Shown here piece by piece: positions 59,430 to 64,000 of a stretch of 64,000 nucleotides of DNA. Source of the DNA: Squalus acanthias (Eukaryota). The stretch spans positions 37,946,001 to 38,010,000 of the forward strand of contig CM059432.1 in the NCBI GenBank assembly GCA_030390025.1, read 5' to 3'. Under the pieces are notes generated by a model. That model was not told where the DNA came from and ran no database searches. It saw nothing but the letters and a program-made list of their open reading frames with translations. How positions within the stretch are numbered: the first letter of the stretch is position 1; the number at the start of each line of letters is the position of its first letter. A program made the position numbers and the translations under genes.

Positions 59430-62400
59430 TAAATCCTGAACAAGCTGCCACGAGCTCTTCCCCGTTGCGGGGGACACTGACCCTTGTCTTTGATCCGCCG
59501 CAGCCTGTCTCTGCTGAGCTGGGACTGGGACTTCCCTGGGCTGCCTTGAACTTACCCCTGGGGGTGTACGAGGGATCTGACCACAACTTCCTGGGCTGGG
59601 GTGTCTGACTCGACCTGCGGAGGGCCACCTTGGGCAAGATCTCCAGGACTGACGGACCGGGACTTCCGCCGTCACGGCCTGTGGTCCCACCACAGCCGCC
59701 GGCTCTGTCTCCCCTGGCTCCGCCCCCCTGGGCTCGGGATCTGCGGTTTCCGACTCCACCCTACTTGTTTCTCCAGTAAGTGGAACTCCACTCGCAATCC
59801 CTACCTCCCCTATGCTTGGGTCGAGGGCGGAACCTCCGTCCTCCGACCCCACCACCTCTCCGACCGGGTCACTAACTTGGTTGAGCCCTCCGAGCTCTTT
59901 CTCATCTGAATCCCAAGAAAAAGAAAAGATCCTACACTTTTCCAGAATGTCCTCTCCCCTCACGCAGGCTGCTTTACCGGCCTGTGTGCCCTGCGGTTCT
60001 ACCCGGGGCTGAGAGTCCCCACTCGCAGGTTTGGCCCCTGTGCACCCGGTTTATACAGCTTGCACTGGTTAATGTGGAACCATTTTGTGCGCCGGGGTAC
60101 CTTTACGGCATACACCATGGGACTCGCCTTATCTACAATACTGTAGGGTCCCATATATAGCGGCTCCAAACTCCCTACTCTGGCATAGTTCCTAACCATG
60201 ACCTGATTTCCGACTTCCCACTCCTGCTTCTTACGGGGTTCCAGCAACAGGCGATTGCCCTGATGCTGTCTTCCCATGTTCCCAGCCGCCTGCTCGTAAA
60301 CCTGCTTCAGGCGTTCCAAGAGGGTCTGGACAAACTTGTCCTGTTTCACCTCTTGGAGCTGACCTCAGTGAGCACCGGGGCTAGTACATGCGTGGGGGTT
60401 CGCATGATCCTCCCAGTCATCACCTCGTACGGGGAATACCCCGTACTCTTCGACTGGCTGGCCCGGATTCCCATGAGGACTAGAGGCAGGACCTCCGCCC
60501 ATTTTTGGGGCGAGTTCATAGTCTCTTTCCTCAGTTTTTCCTTGAGGGTCCGGTTCATGCGTTCAACAATCCCTGATGACTGGGGATTGTTAGCCACTTC
60601 CCTTCAATGCCCAAAAGCATGAGGGTGTTCTGCATCACCTGGCCGGTGAAATGACTCCCTTGGTCTGACTCCACGAAACGGGGAAGTCCCCACCGCGAGA
60701 ACACTTCCCGGACCAAGATCTTGGCAGTACCCAGCGCCGTAGCTGTTCTACAGGGAAAGGCTTCTACCCACTTGGAAAACACATCCACCAGGACGAGGCA
60801 GTATTTGTAGCCTCCCTGGGTGGTGGGCAGGGGCCCTATGTAATCGATTTGTATCGACTGCCATGGTCCCTCCACCCTCCTGATGTGCCCCATGTGCACT
60901 TTCCTTTTCTGGGGGTCTGGGTTGTTTGCAGCGCACACAAGACAGCTTGCACAGAACTCGCGGACCTGATCCCTGAGTCCCGGCCACCATCCCGCTTGCT
61001 CTACCCGTTGCCAGGTAACCTCAGGCCCGGGGTGCCCTGCCCCTGGCCCTTCATGAGCCAGCTGGAGGATTCCCTCCTGTGCTGCTGTGGCACAACCCAC
61101 TGTTCCTCGTGGAACAGCATGCCTTCTTTAACGGAGAGGGTTGCCGTACTGTACGGGACCTCTACCTGCTTGCCCTCAGTAATCGTTCTGAGAACTGCTT
61201 TTAGGGCGGGATCCTGGCTCTGGACGGTCTTAAGGTCTAGTGGCAGTGCTACCCTGGTGTTCCCGGGATTCCCTTCCCTGCCTTGGATCGCTGCCACGGG
61301 TCCATAGGGGTCCCAGAAAATGCCGTTACGGGCACCCTCCCTGGCTAGCGCATCCGCCTGCTGGTTGCCCTCCCCGCGGGTTCTGTGGAGGAGTGAGCCT
61401 TCACCTTGTGGATGAAAATCTCCCCTTCCTCCCCCACTGCTGCTAGGATCTTTTCCAGCAAGGGCTTCACCGTTAAAGGTCGCCCGTCCGCGGAGGTGTA
61501 GCCACGGCGGGACCAAATGGCCAGGTATTCCGTACACGAATTGCACGTAAACATACTGTCCGAACAAATCGTGTATGGGGTTGGCAAGATCTCTGGGTGG
61601 GTAACTGCGTACGCCACCGCAGACAGCTCAGCCTGCTGCGCGCTCATCGTGCTGGGGAGTTTAATTGCCAAGACAAGGTCTGCCGCAGGGTCATAAACTC
61701 CACACCCTGTGAGTCGTTCGCCAGCGGACACTGTGCTGGAACCATCGACATAAATCTCGCGGCCCGTGGGATGTATCCCGGCCCGCAAACCTATGTTGAC
61801 CTCCCACACCCCTTCAACCTAACACTGGTGGGCTGTTCCGGGGTATACCAGGTTGGCCGCGAGCTTGGGCTCGCAAAGACCTTTAACTCTGAGATCCATC
61901 TGGGAAAGGAGAAGGGTCCAGCACGCAATGTGGGTGCTGCTTACGGTCCCATCCTTAATCCTCCCATCCAGAAGCATCTTGGTTGGCGTGTGATGGGTGA
62001 GGAGAGTGATGGGAGAGAGCCCTGTGAAGATCGCTGATCTTTTCACAGCCCAATGCGTGGCTAAAAGATGCCTTTCGCAGTTGGAAAACTCCTTTCCACA
62101 TCCGTTAACACCCTGGATGAATAAACAACCGGCCTCAGCCTGCCGTGACGCTCTTGGAGCAGCACGGCGCTCAAGCTATCTCTGCTGGCGGCTACCTCCA
62201 GGAAAAACTCCTTCCCCCCAACTATGGCCCCTAAAGCTGACGCGGTCTGCAGATCCCTTTTTAACTTCTCGAATGCTGCCTGACAACCCTCGTCCCAAGA
62301 CCACTCCACTCCCTTATGGAGGAGTCGGAGCAGTGGAGCTGCTGTGGCCGCATAGTCTTCGATGAAGTCTCTGCAGTACCCGGTCAGTCCCAGAAAGGAC

Positions 62401-63679
62401 CTCACACCCGTTATGGTGTTGGGAATCAGTAACTCCTGCACTGACTCCCTCCTAGCCTTATCTATGGCTCTTTCCCCAGCGCGAATGGTCAACCCCAGGA
62501 ATTTTACTTCCTGCTGACCGATCCGTGCTTTCTTAGGGTTCACTTTAAAACCCTTTCTCGCTAGCAGCTCCAATAACTCGGCCAGCAGTGGTCCATGCTC
62601 CTCCCTTGAATCTGTGAACGGGAGCAAATCATCCACGTACTGCACTATCTGATTGGGCTGACTAAACTCCTTTAAACTTCCTGCCATACACTGATGGAAA
62701 ATACTGGGGCCGTTGTGGAAACCCTGTGGCAAACAGTTCCATGTGTACTGTTGTCCTTTGAAAGTAAAGGCAAACTTGTACTGGTCCTCTCGCCGCAGCG
62801 GGATGGACCAAAAACCGTTCGAGATATCCAGCACCGTGAACGTGGTCGCGGACGCTGGGATACCCCCTATTAGGTCAGCAACTGCTGCTACTGTGGGCGC
62901 GCAGGCGGGGATGTTACTGTTAAGGACTCTGTAGTTCACCGTGGCCCTCCACGAATTATCCGGCTTCCTTACCGGCCATAATGGGGAGTTCACGTGTGTG
63001 GCTATCGGCCTCAACATGCCCTGCTGCACCAATGAGGACATTGCTGTCTCCATGTCGGGTTCTGCTTCTTTGGGGAAGTTATACTGCTTTTGGAGCCGGG
63101 TCATGGGGTCCCCGTCTACGCTGACCTCAAACCCGGTAACCCTTCCACAATCGTGCTTGTGGGTTGCAAACGCGTGCATATTATCTGACACGTACGTTTG
63201 CATGTCTGTTGGGACATCCGCGACCATAAGCCCAAGGTCGTAACCTCCGGATGGCTTCATGGTACACAGGGCCCCTTTTCCTTCTTTCCCTGGGATTACA
63301 ACTACCTTGCCTTTCCCACCCTTGGCTCCCCAGAGACAGTGATTCCTAAGGTCCACGAGGATCCCGTGTTCCGCTAGGAGATCCGATCCGAGGATACCTT
63401 TGCCACCCCCCTCTTGCCATTTCATCAGGATGCACTTCCATGTGGTGTGGAGTGCTCCTAAATGAATGGAGAGCGGAATGGAGAATGCGCCAGCCTGCTC
63501 TTTTCCTGTGAACCCTGCTAATGTGAATGGGACCTTGATAGACAGTGGTGAGTCAAAGGGGCTATCTGTATGAATCACGGTGCATGAAGCTCCCGTGTCC
63601 AACAAGTAACTACCCTTCTGCTTCTCTACCTCCATCTCCAGCTGAGCGGACACAGGTAGACGGGCTGCGCGGGCTTTAG
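59430..63679 (-). pseudogene. pol: Retroviral pol with several frameshifts
   Basis: YLLDTGAS; LDISNGFW; LPQGF; YVDD; degenerate RNase H FFLEVAAS; second RNase H IYVDGSS/SAQQAEL/ICSDS/KVKAHS; HHCC; IDYIGPLP; SDQGSHF; VERMNRTLK; GPY. Confidence 0.92.
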
Positions 63680-64000
63680 TCATTGGGTACTGGTGGGCGG
63701 GGTTGTGGCATCTGTGGGGCTGGTAACGACTGCCACTCTCCCGTGCAAAATCATAAGAGACCGCATGGCTCCTAACATTGATTCTATCGCATCGGGATGG
63801 ATAGGCACACCAGCTCCTTTCTCAGAGACAGGCGTTTGGGCTCGAACTGCGGGAGCTTTTTCCCTGGAGTCCTTCCAGGGATTCCTACAGTTTTTACGCC
63901 AGTGACCTGTCTTCCCGCACCCGTAACAAACACTACTGGTTTGTGGGGCGCGATTACCCTCCTGATGCCACTCTTTCTGAGCTGGAGCTGCGGGCTTTGC
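63680..64000 (-). CDS. gag: Gag C-terminus (partial)
   Basis: EWHQEGNRAPQTSSVCYGCGKTGHWRKNCRNPWKDS...STQ-stop, homologous to the first gag. Confidence 0.88.
   Translation of the reverse strand, partial: AKPAAPAQKEWHQEGNRAPQTSSVCYGCGKTGHWRKNCRNPWKDSREKAPAVRAQTPVSEKGAGVPIHPDAIESMLGAMRSLMILHGRVAVVTSPTDATTPPTSTQ

Larger units (their letters stand above)
58434..64000 (-). mobile_element. Endogenous lokiretrovirus-like element with pol; decayed, env truncated, extends beyond the window
   Basis: gag 3' end, PR-RT-tether-RNase H-IN, and env 5' part homologous to 15594-24946. Confidence 0.9.

Noticed and set aside
11450..64000. Neighbouring host gene such as RIOK3, which flanks TMEM241 in mammals
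   Set aside because: No exon recognisable by eye; small exons could have been missed.

Overview
Repeat-dense vertebrate genomic DNA. The CR1, L2, RTE, Tx1, Penelope, Harbinger and HE1-like SINE content points to a cartilaginous fish (inferred). The only host gene I can support is TMEM241/SLC35D4: coding exons 1-4 on the minus strand at 4373-11224, with a CpG-rich promoter near 11.3 kb. Main observations: (1) A family of long-LTR endogenous retroviruses resembling lokiretroviruses occurs three times. One copy is a 9.35-kb provirus (15594-24946, minus) with intact gag and an intact env made of an Ig-like domain plus an F-type fusion protein. Its pol has been replaced in frame, behind a UGA-CUAG stop, by a short coiled-coil fused to the Pol tail. 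The others are a solo LTR with a 4-bp TSD (26610-28213) and a decayed pol-bearing relative with dual RNase H (58434-64000). (2) A Harbinger transposon contains four ~600-bp Tx1 3' ends separated by five identical 15-bp repeats (46835-49276), which looks like serial site-specific insertion. (3) A tRNA-Met/tRNA-Ala pair is fused to a CR1 tail, there is a perfect 94-bp Penelope hammerhead hairpin, an Ig-switch-like GAGCT/GGGGT repeat sits in TMEM241 intron 1, and a young CsRN1-type Gypsy element lies next to the promoter. All family assignments come from motif recognition by eye; no searches were run.
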